From contig JAXLNO010000638.1 of assembly GCA_038087875.1 (NCBI GenBank), positions 62,001 to 98,206 of the forward strand: 36,206 nucleotides of DNA. The letters are read 5' to 3'. Shown here piece by piece: positions 11,821 through 22,870 of this stretch. Numbering within the stretch: the first letter of the stretch is position 1; every line of letters begins with the position of its first letter. This DNA is from Malacoraja senta (lineage: Eukaryota). The notes under the pieces were generated by a model. That model did not search any database. It saw nothing but the letters and a program-made list of their open reading frames with translations, and was not told the DNA's origin. The position numbers and the translations under genes are program-made.

Positions 11821-12364
11821 TGTGTGGCTTAACATAAGTTAAATTTCTGCAGTGGCATGCTTAAATTCTTTGTAATTTATACACTGAAAATTAGTAAGAC
11901 GGGCCTTGCGTTTCATTGATGTTGCTCTCAGACTATATCCCACCTGACTCTGAACATATGATAGTGAGAAGAGAGAAGATCTTCCATGAAGCTGGATTTG
12001 TGCTGGAATACATGATGAAAACTGCTCACTGCCACGGGAGCAGCTGAGGTAGAAATGAAGAGAACTTCGATAAAGTTTAGGTTTATTATTGTCGTGTGTG
12101 CTGAGGTCGTGTGAAAAGCTTTGTTTTGCATGCGAACCAAACAAATCAGATAATATCGTACTTAAATACAATCAAGTCAAACTCAAGTACAATAGGCAGG
12201 CGAGAGCAGAGACAGAGTGGAGAGTACAGTTCTCAGCATTGAAGCGTATTAGTTCCATAAACAAGATGCAATGTCCACAACGGGGTAGATGTGAATTGGA
12301 CAGTATCCTAGATTCTGGAAGGATCATTCAGAAACCTGATAACAGAGGAAGAAGCTGTACCTGA

Positions 12365-12570
12365 GAAAGACACAAAATGCTGGAGTAACTCAGCAAGTCA
12401 GGCAGCATCCCTGGAGACATGGTTCGGGTTAAAATTCTTCTTCAGACTGATCATTCTGAGGAAGGGTCACAACTCAAAACATTGTCTATCCATGTTCTCC
12501 AGGGATGCTGCTACTCACTGCCTTTGTGTCTTTCTTTGGTATAACCCAGCATCTGCAGTTCCTTGTTCCA
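12365..12570. mobile_element. Inverted pair of Penelope-like pLTR repeats (a minus-strand Rex1-type 3' UTR precedes it at about 12075-12362)
   Basis: ttcttcagactgatcattctgaggaaggg junction between a minus and a plus copy. Confidence 0.7.
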
Positions 12571-12596
12571 GAGGGAGATGAATGTTCGTATTATAT

Positions 12597-12917
12597 AGTT
12601 TAGTTTAGTTTAGAGATACAGTGCGGAAACAGGCCCTTCGGTTCACCGAGTCCGCACTGAACAATGTTAACTCTACCCTACCCACACAAGGGACAATTTT
12701 ACATTCATACAATGTATGAATGTAAAATTATACCAAGCCAATTAACCCGCAAACCTGTATGTCTTTGGAGTGTGGGAGGAAACCGAAGATCTTGGAGATA
12801 TCCCACGCAGGTTACTGGGAGAACGCACAAACTCCGTACAGACAAGCACCCATAGTCAGGATCTAACCCGGGCCTAGCACTGTAAGGCAGTAGCTCTACT
12901 GCTACAACACTGTGTCC
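12597..12917 (-). mobile_element. HE1/V-SINE-type tRNA-SINE
   Basis: (tttag)n tail, V-domain and tRNA head on the minus strand. Confidence 0.88.
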
Positions 12918-13422
12918 ATGTAAATTATGACAAGTGAGAAATGTTATATTTAGAAAATAGTTCATATGCTATTAATTGGAGTCAATGAATTTTTTAGCAG
13001 TGCTAACTTATTTCTGTTTATTTGTGGCTGTTCCTCATCTTTATCGTGAGGCCCAGTGTGTGGTAGTGTCTCTTAAAACACTTCTAATGACAAAGAGATG
13101 TGTGTGATTTCCAATCAAGCTGTTCAGCACGATGAGTGCAATAACACCAGCTTGTTGAAGGGCCCCATCAGAATTGCTAATTGACATGTTGTGTAAGGAC
13201 CATCTGTAGTTACAAGCCTAGTCTTGTCAGAAACCCAACTGATCAATGCCATTGCTAGGCTCCAGTTCATATGTTGCTAGATGAAGTCAGGAAGTGCCGG
13301 CATGTTAGGAGATTTCAGCTCTGTAGTTTGAGGTTAATCAGCTTGTGGAAAATTGGAAATAAAGACAGAAAAAGCTGGTTCAGCTCAGCAGGTCTGGAAG
13401 CATCTGCGGAAAGAAAGAAAGA

Positions 13423-13720
13423 AAGCACGGTGACGCAGCGGTAGAGTTGCTGCTTTCCAGCGCCAGAGACCCGGGTTCGATCCTGACTATGGGTGCTTGT
13501 CTGTACGGAGTTTGTACGTTCTCCCCGTGACCTGCGTGGGTTATCTCCGAGATCTTTGGTTTCCTCCCACACTCCAAAGATGCATATGTTTGCAGGTTCA
13601 TTGGCTTGGTATAAATGTAACATTTCCCTAGTGTGTGTAGGATAGTATTAATGTGCGGGGATCGCTGGTCGGTGTGGATCGGTGGGCCGAAGAGCCTGTT
13701 TCCACGCTGTATATCTAAAA
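13423..13720 (+). mobile_element. HE1/V-SINE-type tRNA-SINE inserted into a minus-strand Penelope-like repeat (about 13362-13415 and 13721-13755)
   Basis: gcacggtgacgcagcggtagag...gggttcgatcc...gggccgaagagcctgtttcc; the flanks are the two halves of the pLTR repeat. Confidence 0.88.
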
Positions 13721-13849
13721 AAAAGACAGGTAAAGTTTCAGGTTGAAGACCCTTGTCATAAGTAGCAGCCTCTTTTACAGTCAAACAACACAGAAACCCT
13801 TTGACCACAAGGGTGGCATCCTGGCATTGCTAGTACACCAAGGCACACC

Positions 13850-14178
13850 AACAGTGAGACATTGGTACAGCTGGTGCAGCTGCAGCCACATTTGACCTCT
13901 GCCTCACAGACCCTGTCTGCTCCTGACCTCCAATGCTGGTTCAGCGTAGAGTTTACACGTTCTCCCTGTGACCACGTGGATTCCTCTGGATGCTCTGGTT
14001 TTCCGCATCCCAAAAGCTTATGGATTTGTTGGTTAGCTGGCTTCTGTAAATTGTTCCTATTGTGTAGGGAGTGTATGAGAAATTGAGATAACATGGAACC
14101 AGTGTGAACTGGTGATCAATGGTCGGCGTAGACTCAGTGGGCCAAAGGGGATGTTTCCGTCCTGTATTTCTAAACTAA
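13850..14178 (+). mobile_element. Divergent HE1/V-SINE-type SINE (another partial minus copy at about 14200-14410)
   Basis: V-domain gagtttacacgttctccctgtgacc...ggttttcc and ctaaactaaa tail. Confidence 0.75.
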
Positions 14179-14549
14179 AGAGCCATCAAAGATCCATTTG
14201 CACTAAGCCTACATTAATTTCTCCCGATATTCCCATCAATTCCCTGAGGTTATGCCATTCACTCACACCCTAAGGGCAAATTACAGAAGCCACTGAACCT
14301 ACTGATCTCCCATCTTTGGGATGTCCGAGTAAATCACATAACCCGGAGGAAACCCACATGGCTACCACATCTAAACTGCACACAGACTGCACTGGAGGCC
14401 AGGACACACTGGAGCATACACTCTGTAAACTGCATGTAAGCAATGCAATCATGGTGAACAAGTCCCGTTTGGAGAAGGGCACCGAGTGGTAAGCACACCT
14501 CACCTGCCAACATACACGGCTGGTTTTTCGTGCAGGGTGGCATACGAAT

Positions 14550-15869
14550 ACTATACACTATCAGCCAAGTAAGTTTTGCAACATACGAGGAATTTTATTT
14601 GCCAAGTCAGTCATACAAATAAAAAGCAGCGGAACACACTAAACACATTTTATCGTAAACATCTACCACAGTGACTCCTCCACATTCCTCACTGTGATGG
14701 AAGGCGAAAAAAAAGTTAAATCTCTTTCATTCTTTGTTCTCCCGCAGTCGGGGGCCTCGAGCCTTCCGTTGACAGGACGATCTTGACCCCCGTAGCCGGC
14801 GGCGTTTGGGTCCTCCGCGTCGGGCGATCAACTCCCGCACCGGGGGAATGTCAGCTCCCCTGCGCCGGGCGATCGGACCCGGGTGGCGCCCGTACTAGCC
14901 ACCTCGCCAGCAGTCTATCTTGTCCCTTCTCTATTTTTATTATTCTAAGTATGTCTTGAATGTTTGTTTAAATGTCTCTTGGTATGTTTTATGTGGGGGG
15001 GAGGGGATCAGGGGAAACTTTTTCTAGTCACGTACCTCGACGGAGAGGCGATTTTTCTCCATGTCGCATCTCCGCCCCCCACCCCCCCCCCCCCCCGCGG
15101 CCTAACAACGTGGAATGGTGCGCATTTCCTGGAGACCGGCCCGGAGCTTCAAGCCGCGGGTGCGGCGCGATCTTACCATCGCAGAGCCTGGGATCTTTTG
15201 CCGAGGATCGCCAGTGTTGGAGCTCCGACCGCGGGGCCTGTGGACTTTAACACCGTGAAGCAGCGGTCTCCGGTAAGAAGCGGCCGACTCGGGAACTCCA
15301 TGTGTTCCGATCCAATCCGATCCGTCCCAACGCCAGTTTCGATCATCCCGACGAGAGGGCTTGAACAGCATACCGTCGGCAGCGGCCCCGTTCAAAGGCC
15401 CCGACCAAAGGCCCCGACCATGGGTGAACAAAGGAGGAAGATGACTGAACTTTATTGCCTTCCATCACAGTGAGGAATGTTAGTTCCACTGTGGTGGATT
15501 TTAAGTTAAACTTTACTTTATGTGCTGTGTGTATTTTTGCTTTTTACTTAGTATGGCTGTATGGTAACTCAAATTTCACTGCCTTAATTGGTACATGCGA
15601 CAATTAAATTGAATCTTGAATCTTGACCCGGGTCGAGGCGTCGAACCTCTGCGTCGTTGGAGCTCCCGACTCAGCCTCTCCCGCGACTGCGAGCTCTCGA
15701 TGTAAAGACCACGCGGTTGGAACGATCACAAGCAAGGGATCAACTCTGATGTTAAGTCCACGCCCCGAGGTAGGGCTCCAAGTCAGTCCGAGGAGGCTTC
15801 CAACTCCACGATGTTAGGCCGCAGAGCGACTGGAGATGCGATCCGGAAAACAATGGTATCTCCGGCAAG
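14550..15869 (-). mobile_element. GC-rich non-autonomous retroelement (outer copy), split by a related element
   Basis: Carries the family motif cctcactgtgatggaaggc at about 14687-14705; the GC-rich body continues after 15633. Confidence 0.65.
14885..15624 (+). mobile_element. Full-length GC-rich non-autonomous retroelement with 9-bp TSD
   Basis: gacccgggt at 14876-14884 and 15625-15633; gccttccatcacagtgagg stem-loop motif; (ttgaatc)n tail. Confidence 0.8.
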
Positions 15870-16145
15870 ATGCTGCCATCCTAGAGGTCAGTAACCATGA
15901 TGGACCGTGTCTACCATTTTTTGTAATCTCCTTCATTCCTGAGCGTTCGAGTTGCCGAACCAGGCCGTGATGCAACTAGTGATGCAACCTTACACCTGGA
16001 GTCTTTCAAGAAGGTTTCGCCGATTTACTGAATCTCCTCAATCCTCTGAGGAAGTAGAGGTATTGCTGGGCTTTCTTGATAATTGCATCAATGTTCTAGA
16101 CCCAGGGCAGATCTTCGGAGATATACACGCCCAGGTATGTGAAGC
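15870..16145 (-). mobile_element. Rex1/Babar-like LINE internal fragment
   Basis: Reverse complement resembles the KKAQQxLYFLRxLRR...CITAWFGNS region seen in the 8410-9174 protein. Confidence 0.65.
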
Positions 16146-16722
16146 TGGCCCCGGTGGCAATGGCCTCATGTCTGCATGAGCCTGCGCTCGTCAGCTGTGG
16201 GGTACAAGTGAGGAGGTTGTGGGAGAATCAGTGTGGGGGCACACGGACATCTTGAAAGAGCTCAACAACTCAGTATTCCACAGAGCCACAGGCAATCTCC
16301 AGAGACTGAGACTGGCATTCATGACCTATTTCAATTCAACATACCTTTCATTCACTTCAGGGCCAGCTGAATAGCAAAGCTCAAAATACATTATTACAGG
16401 GGATTTGTGGGCTGAATGTTCATTGAGGCAAAGAGCGAGCATGAGACCAGGGTATATGAATATAAATTGTAGCCTTGAGCAAACATATCAAGACTTATCT
16501 GCTGAGAAACGTGTATGTTAGAGTAATTGCATTTTAGCAGCAGTCTATTTTTAATATCTTACGAAATGACTAAAAAAGCAATATGAAATAGGTATTTTTC
16601 ATATTAACAGGATGTAAGAAACAATGTCTCACCCAAGCTCACTTGCATCAGGCCTGAGGTGAATGATGGCTCTGACTGGTCTACTTTCCATCTTCCAGTC
16701 TCATTCTTCACCGTAGTCCTCA

Positions 16723-17024
16723 AGGGTGGCACGGTGGTGCAGCGGTAGAGTTCCTGCCTCACCGTGCCAGAGACCCAGATTCAATCCTGACTACGGGTGC
16801 TATCTGTACAGACTTTGTACGTTCTCCCAGTGACCTGCGTGGGTTTTCTCCGGGATCTCCCGTTTCCTCCCACACTCCAAAGACGTACAGGTTTGTTGGT
16901 TAATTGGCTTAGTATAATTGTAAATTGTCCCTAGTGAGTGTAGGATAGTGTTATTATGGGGGGATCGCTGATCGGCACTTGATGGGCCGAACGGCCTGTT
17001 TCCGTGCTGTATCTCTAAACTAAA
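16723..17024 (+). mobile_element. HE1/V-SINE-type tRNA-SINE
   Basis: gggtggcacggtggtgcagcggtagag...ctctaaactaaa. Confidence 0.9.
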
Positions 17025-17436
17025 TGGATGCAAGATGGAGATGAGAACAAGCATCAACATGGCGATAGCTGTGGTAATACCCTGCTACAACTACCCCTTC
17101 ATCCTCAGCCAATTCCACTGCTGTCGATGCATCCTCAGCCGACCGGTCAAATGGAATGTGGGAGGTGCACTCTTCCCCAGAAATCAGTGCGACAACATTA
17201 AAGCCACTCAGAATGAAAATTATGCTAGTCCTTGCTGAAATAGTAAACCATACAGACCAGAAAGGCCCAGTGTTATTTATTTGACAATGCTTATTTAGTT
17301 TATCTCCACTGTGGAGACAAGAGGCCACATCATTAACCTCAGCATCGTCGTCCAAGAAGAGGGAAGGCAGCAACTTTCTCACTGCTGATAAAGAAGGCGT
17401 ATGGTTTGCTTGCCTTCATAAGTCAGAGTATGTGTC

Positions 17437-17724
17437 AGTGGTGGCACGGTAGCGCAGCGGTAGAGCTGTGGCCTTACAGCGCCAGAGATCCGGGTTCGGT
17501 CCTGACTAGAGATGCTGTTTTTAGGTTGTTTGTATGTTCTCCCCGTGACCTGCGTGGGTTTTCTCCGAGTGCTCCGATTTCCTTGCACACTCCAAAGATG
17601 TACAGGTTTGTAGGTTAATTGGCGTCGATAACGATTGAGAATTGTCCCTGGTGTGTAGGATTGTGCTAGATCTGTGGTCAGCGTGGATTCGAAGGGCCTG
17701 TTTCTCCAAACTGAACTAAACTAA
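17437..17724 (+). mobile_element. HE1/V-SINE-type tRNA-SINE
   Basis: ggtggcacggtagcgcagcggtagag...aactaaactaa. Confidence 0.88.
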
Positions 17725-18210
17725 GTCATGATACAGCTCTTTTGGACTTTGGTTAGCCCGCATTTGGTGAATTGCATGCAGTTCTGGTCACCCCAATACA
17801 GGAAGATGTGGAGGGTACAGAGAAGGTTTATCAGAATAATGCCTGGATGAGAGGGTAAAGCTACAAGGAGAGGTTGGACAGACTGGGACTGTTTTCTCGA
17901 GAACGGCAAAGGTTGAGCGGAGACCTGAGAGGCATTTATAGGGTAGACAGTTGGAATATTTTCCTGGAATGGAAATATCAAAAACTAGAAGGCATAACTT
18001 GAAGGTGAGAGGGGCAAAGTTTAAGGGAAATGTGCAGGGCAAGTTTTTACACAATGCCTGGAACGTGCTTCCAGGGATGGTGGTTGAGGCAGAAATGATA
18101 GTGGCCTTTAAGAGGCTTTTGGATAGACGTATCGACATGAAGGGAATGGAGGATATGGATTATGTGCAGGAAAATAAGGCTGAAGGGCCTGTTCCTGCAC
18201 TGTATGCTCT
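17725..18210 (+). mobile_element. CR1 LINE 3' fragment, degenerate
   Basis: LVSPHLVNCMQFWSP...RLDRLGLFSRERQRLSGDL...AWNVLPGMVVEA. Confidence 0.8.
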
Positions 18211-18385
18211 GGTCCTGATCCGGTAATTGCATTAGGTCTAGATTGAGAGACCTGTGCAGTTGAATAGATGTAGAGGCTCAAGCAAAGAGACAAGCGTCTC
18301 GGGGAAAGTATACGATGTTTCCAGACAGGAGTGAAGCTCTGGACTAAACCTCTCAGGCAGAAGGAACAATGTTCATTCATCAGTC

Positions 18386-18500
18386 AGGGAGCTTGCTGTG
18401 TGCATATTAGCTGCCACTGTTTCAGTATTACAAAATGACTGCTCTTCCAAAGGCCTTCATTGGCTGTACGGCACCTTAGGATGACCCGAGGCTGTGAAAT
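18386..18500 (+). mobile_element. DeuSINE (SacSINE1/AmnSINE1-like) 3' fragment
   Basis: gggagcttgctgtgtgcatattagctgcc...ttcattggctgtacggcaccttaggatgacccgaggctgtgaaa resembles the DeuSINE 3' region as recalled from memory. Confidence 0.6.
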
Positions 18501-18504
18501 GGAC

Positions 18505-19044
18505 CTGCACTCAGCACCTCATATTGCACTTAGGTAACTTACTACCCAACGCAATGAATACTGAATCCTCCAATTTTAGGCAACTAATCAACTCGCTTTC
18601 TCCACTCCCTCTCCCCCCCCTCCTTTTTTCCCCTCTCTGCCCTGTACCCTACCAGAATGTTCACCCATTTCTCCCTTCCACCATCTCCACATTCCCGTCT
18701 ATCTGTATTCTTTCCTCCGGCTTCACATTTCACACCTTTTCTATCCTTATCTCCTTATCTCACATTTTTTTGTCTCTTCATCTCTGGCCTTTGCCCAACC
18801 ATCTGCCAATCAAACCCTGCCCTCACCCTCTCACCTGTATCCACCTATCACTTGCCAGACTTTGTCCCCCACCCCACGACAGTCAGTCTGAAGAAGGGTC
18901 TCGACCTAAAACATCCATGTTCGCCAGAGTGTAGAAAGGAACTGCAAATGCTGGTTTATACCGAAGATAGATACAAAGTGTTGGAGTAATTCAGCAAGTC
19001 AAGCAGTATCTCCAGAGCAAAAAGATGGGTGGCTTTTCGGGTGA
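18505..19044 (+). mobile_element. Penelope-like element 3' remnant (GIY-YIG C-terminus, pyrimidine tract, hammerhead-like core), followed by an inverted pLTR copy
   Basis: QHLILHLGNLLPNAMNTESSNF matches 35649-35840; gtctgaagaagggtctcgacc at about 18886; minus copy about 18930-19044. Confidence 0.75.
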
Positions 19045-19801
19045 CATAGATACATAGACAATAGATGCAGGAGTAGGCCACTTGGCCCTTTGAGCCAGCA
19101 CCGCCATTCAATGTGATCATGGCTGATCATCCACTATCAGTATCCCACTCCTGCCTTCTCCCCATATCCATTGATTCTGCTAGCCCTAAGAGCTCTATTT
19201 ATCTCTCTTTTCAATGCATGCAGGGAATCGGCCTCCACTGCCTTCTGAGGCTGAGAATTCCACAAATTCACAACTCTCTGTGTGAAAACGTTTTTCCTCA
19301 TCTCAGTTCTAAATGGCCTACCCCTTATTCGTAAACTGGCCCCTGGTTCTGGACTCCCCCAACATCGGGAACATGTTTACTGCATCTAGCGTGTCCAATC
19401 CCTTAATTATTTTATATGTATCTATAAGATGCCCTCTCATCCTTCTAAATTCCAGTGAATACAAGCGCAATCGCTCCATTCTTTCATCATATGACAGTCC
19501 TGCCATCCTGGGAATTAACCTCGTAAACCTATGCTGCACTCCCTCTATAGCAAGAATGTCCTTCCACAAATTAGGAGACCAAAACCGCACACAATACTCC
19601 AGGTGTGGTCTCACTAGGGCCCTGTACAACCGCAGAAGGACCTCTTTGCACCTATACTCAACTCCTCTCGTTATGAAGGCCAACATGCCATTAGCTTTCT
19701 TCACTGCCTGCTGTACCTGCATGCTTACTTTCAGTGACTGATGTACAAGGACACCCAGGACTCGTTGTACTTCCCCTTTTCCTAACCTAACACCATTCAG
19801 A

Positions 19802-19936
19802 GCTTCTTCTTGCTATGGCGTGCACAGCCTAAAGTTGTAGGTCAACTTGTTCTATTTGATCTTGTTTGTGCACGTCGGGTTGATTGCATTAGTCGAAACA
19901 GGGTTGCCCACGTGAAGGTTGCAATCTCCCACCCCA
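19802..19936 (-). mobile_element. 135-bp non-autonomous retro-insertion with 5' HDV-like ribozyme and (AAG)n tail
   Basis: 10-bp TSD accattcaga at 19792-19801 and 19937-19946 inside the CR1; minus strand ends gccatagcaagaagaag. Confidence 0.85.
19882..19935 (-). ncRNA. Minimal HDV/CPEB3-like self-cleaving ribozyme fold
   Basis: GGGGUGG GA GAUUGCA ACC UUCACGU GGG CAACCCU GU UUCGA CUAA UGCAAUC gives P1 (G1-U wobble, one mismatch), perfect 7-bp P2, P3 (one mismatch), L3 and J4/2 with the putative catalytic C at 19892. Confidence 0.75.
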
Positions 19937-21451
19937 ACCATTCAGATGATAATCTGCCTGCCTGTTCTTGCCACCAAAGTGGATAACCTCACATTTATCC
20001 ACATTATACTGCATCTGCCATGCATCTGCCCACTCACACAACCAGTCCAAGTCACCCTGCATCCTCATAGCATCCTCTTCACAGTTCACACTGCCACCCA
20101 GCTTTGTGTCATCTGCAAATTTGCTAATGTTACTTTTAATTCCTTCATTTAAATCATTAATGTATATTGTAAATAGCTGCGGTCCCAGCACCAAGCCTTG
20201 CGGTACCCCACTAGTCACTGCCTGCCATTCTGAAAGGGACCCGTTAATCCCTACTCTTTGTTTCCTGTCTGCCAACCAATTTTCTATCCATGACAATACC
20301 CTACTCCAATACCATGTGCTCTAATTTTGCCCACTAATCTCCTGTATGGGACCTTCTGAAAGTCCAGGTACACAACATCCACTGGCTCTCCCTTGTCCAT
20401 TTTACTTGTTTCTTCCTCAAAAAATTCCAGAAGATTAGTCAAGCATGATTTCCCCTTCGTAAATCCATGCTGACTTGGACCGATCCTGTTACTGCTATCA
20501 AAATGCGCCGCTATTACATCTTTAATAATCGACTCCAGCATCTTCCCCACCACTGGTCAGACTAACTGGTCTATAATTCCCTGCTTTCTCTCCCTCCTTT
20601 CTTGAAAAGTGGGATAACATTAGCCACCCTCCAATCCACAGAAACTGATCCAGAATCTATAGAACATTGGAAAATGATCACCAATGCGTCCACGATTTCT
20701 AGAGCCACCTCCTTGAGTACCCTGGGATGCAGACCATCAGGCCCTGGGGATTTATCGGCCTTCAGTTCCATCAGTCTACCCAACACCTGACAACATTTCC
20801 TGACTAATGTGAATTTCCTTCAGTTCCTCCATCATCCTAGGTCCTCTGTCCACTAGTACATCTGGGAGATTGTTTTTATGTCTTCCTTAGTGAAGACAGA
20901 ACCAAAGCACCTTTTCAACTCGATTGCCATTTCCTTGTTCCCCATAATAAATTCACCTGTTTCTGTCTTCAAGGGATCCACATTTGTCTTAACTAATTAT
21001 TTTCTCTTCACATACGTAAAGAAGCTTTTACTATCCTCCTTTATATTCCTGGCTAGCTTACTTTCGTACATCATCTTTTCTCCCCCTTATTGCCTTCTGT
21101 TGATCTTTAACAGTTTCCCAATCCTCTGGCTTCCCGCTCATCTTTGCTATGTTATACATCTTCTCTTTTAATTTTACACTGTCCTTGACTTCCCTTGTCA
21201 GCCATGGTCGTCTCTTACTCTCCTTAGAATCTTTCTTCCTCTTTGGAATTAAATGATCCTGCATCTTCTGGATTATTCCCGGAAATACCTGCCATTGCTG
21301 TTCCCCGTCATCCCTGCAATGGTCCCTTTCCAGTCAACTTTGGCCAGCTCCTCCCTCATGGCTCCAAAGTCCCCTTGGTTCAACTGCAATACTGATACTT
21401 CCAATTTTTACCTTTTCCCTCTCAAATTGCAGATTAAAACGTATCATATTA

Positions 21452-21592
21452 AGGGTTGGGACCCTTCTTCAGACTGAGGAGTCGAAACATCACCCATCCC
21501 TTTTCTCCAGAGGTTCTGCCTGACCTGCTGAGTTACTCCAGCACTTTGTGTCCTTTTTGTAAACATCCTTCTGCAGTTCCTTGTGTCTACAT
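21452..21592 (+). mobile_element. Penelope-like pLTR repeat with short inverted 5' piece
   Basis: gggacccttcttcagac followed by gaaacatcacccatcc...ctgcctgacctgctgagttactccagcac. Confidence 0.7.
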
Positions 21593-22279
21593 GTTTCTGC
21601 TTATCTTCTCAGCATTGCCATTGAGGATAACTTGTGCATAAACAACTCATCATCCATATTAATGGCACCTTATTACACAACTAGGAAAAGTCACTTGTTG
21701 GCTTTTTTCTTTGATATTAAACTCGGTACCAAGAGAAAAATAGATCAAATGTTTCAGTTTTATTCCTCAGTGCAGCCGGTTCTCTGAAGTGTCTGCCCCA
21801 TCTGTTACACTTTTAGATTGCCCATTTCTCCTTTTCACTTGCCTTTGTAGTTGAAAATTGTAAATGAGAATTCAGTACAAAACAAGCACTTCTCATTTCC
21901 ACCGAGTTCCTCTCAGGAAGCTGACACCGTCCTGCCGGATCCATTTTGTTCTCTCACATAATCCCGGCCTCCATGGATTTCCCCTCGGGCTTCACCAACT
22001 TCCACCTGTTCTTGCACTCTTTACCACTCCTTCATGCCCACTTCTTGTCAGGGCTGCTAATTTCCCATCCGTTACCGCTGCTCACCATCCAATCTTTCTT
22101 ACATTCCCCGCACCACTTCCCTGCTGTATCAGCTCCCAACCCTATAAAAACAGCAGTGTTTCATCTGCCATGCACTAATTCCAACTTGTACATCAAGCCC
22201 TCCTGCACAAGCTCACACTCAGTACTCCAGACTGAATTCAGACTCCTCATCCTCAGTTACAGATCTTTATCTCATCTTA

Positions 22280-22374
22280 GGTAGACAAAGGTGCTGGAGA
22301 AACTCGGCGGGTGCAGCAGCATCTATGGAGCGAAGGAAATAGGCAACGTTTCGGGCCGAAACCCTTCATCAGAC
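22280..22374 (-). mobile_element. Penelope-like pLTR repeat (subfamily with UUCG loop)
   Basis: Reverse complement gtctgatgaagggtttcggcccgaaacgttgcc...; near-identical to 30830-30923 and 31395-31491. Confidence 0.8.
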
Positions 22375-22574
22375 ACTTACCTCGTTTAAATCCCCACGGC
22401 CTCATCAGTGCCCATGGCCCCAGGTTTTTTCCCTTTACCATTTGTACAAAATCCCCTCTGTCTGTTTTATTCTCAGTTGTGGGCTCTCTTCAAACCTCCC
22501 TTGCTTCCAAAACTCATTCAAGTTATCAACAACTAATGGACCAATACTCAGAAACTGGGACTAACTACCCAGAG

Positions 22575-22870
22575 TAGGGACATCGAGATAGGCTTAAGGT
22601 GGGGGGGGGGGGGGGGGGGTAATATTTTAATAGGAATATGAGGGACATCCTTTTTTACACAAAGGGTGGTAGGTGTATGGAATGTGCTGCCGGAGGAGGT
22701 AGTTGAGGCAGGTACTATCACAATGTTTAAGAAACATTTAGACAGGTACATGGACAGGACAGGTTTAGAGGAATATGGGGCCAACGCAGGCAGGTGGTAG
22801 ATGGGACATGTGGGTAGGCATGGGCAAGTTGGGCAGAAGGGCCTATTCTCATGCTGTATGGCTTGATGAC
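22575..22870 (+). mobile_element. CR1 LINE 3' fragment containing a long G run
   Basis: Colinear with 380-690 (acacaaagggtggtaggtgtatggaa...gacaggtacatgga). Confidence 0.85.

Larger units (their letters stand above)
19045..21451 (-). mobile_element. 5'-truncated CR1 LINE with a degenerate complete RT domain
   Basis: KSPGPDGLHPRVLKE...QHGFTKGKSCLTNLLEFF...YLDFQK...SGVPQGLVLGPQLFTIYINDL...KFADDTK...LVRPHLEYC across ORFs 20571-20786, 20284-20553, 19889-20296 and 19318-19722; frameshifted. Confidence 0.95.

Noticed and set aside
11925..12055. Possible exon between ctctcag and gag|gtagaa
   Set aside because: The donor is weak, the best frame ends in a stop, and the peptide is not recognisable.
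14445..14575. Coding-looking stretch ending in gccaa|gtaagt
   Set aside because: No recognisable peptide, and the donor-like site lies in the reverse-strand tail of the adjacent retroelement.
14964..15473. 169-aa ORF, and similar ORFs at 27904-28279
   Set aside because: Open because of high GC content; the peptides are not conserved between related copies.
17020..17400. 120-aa minus-strand ORF between two SINEs
   Set aside because: No domain motif or splice context recognised; it may be an old repeat remnant.
22600..22620. G-run as a functional G-quadruplex
   Set aside because: It is a homopolymer expansion inside a CR1 fragment with no supporting context.
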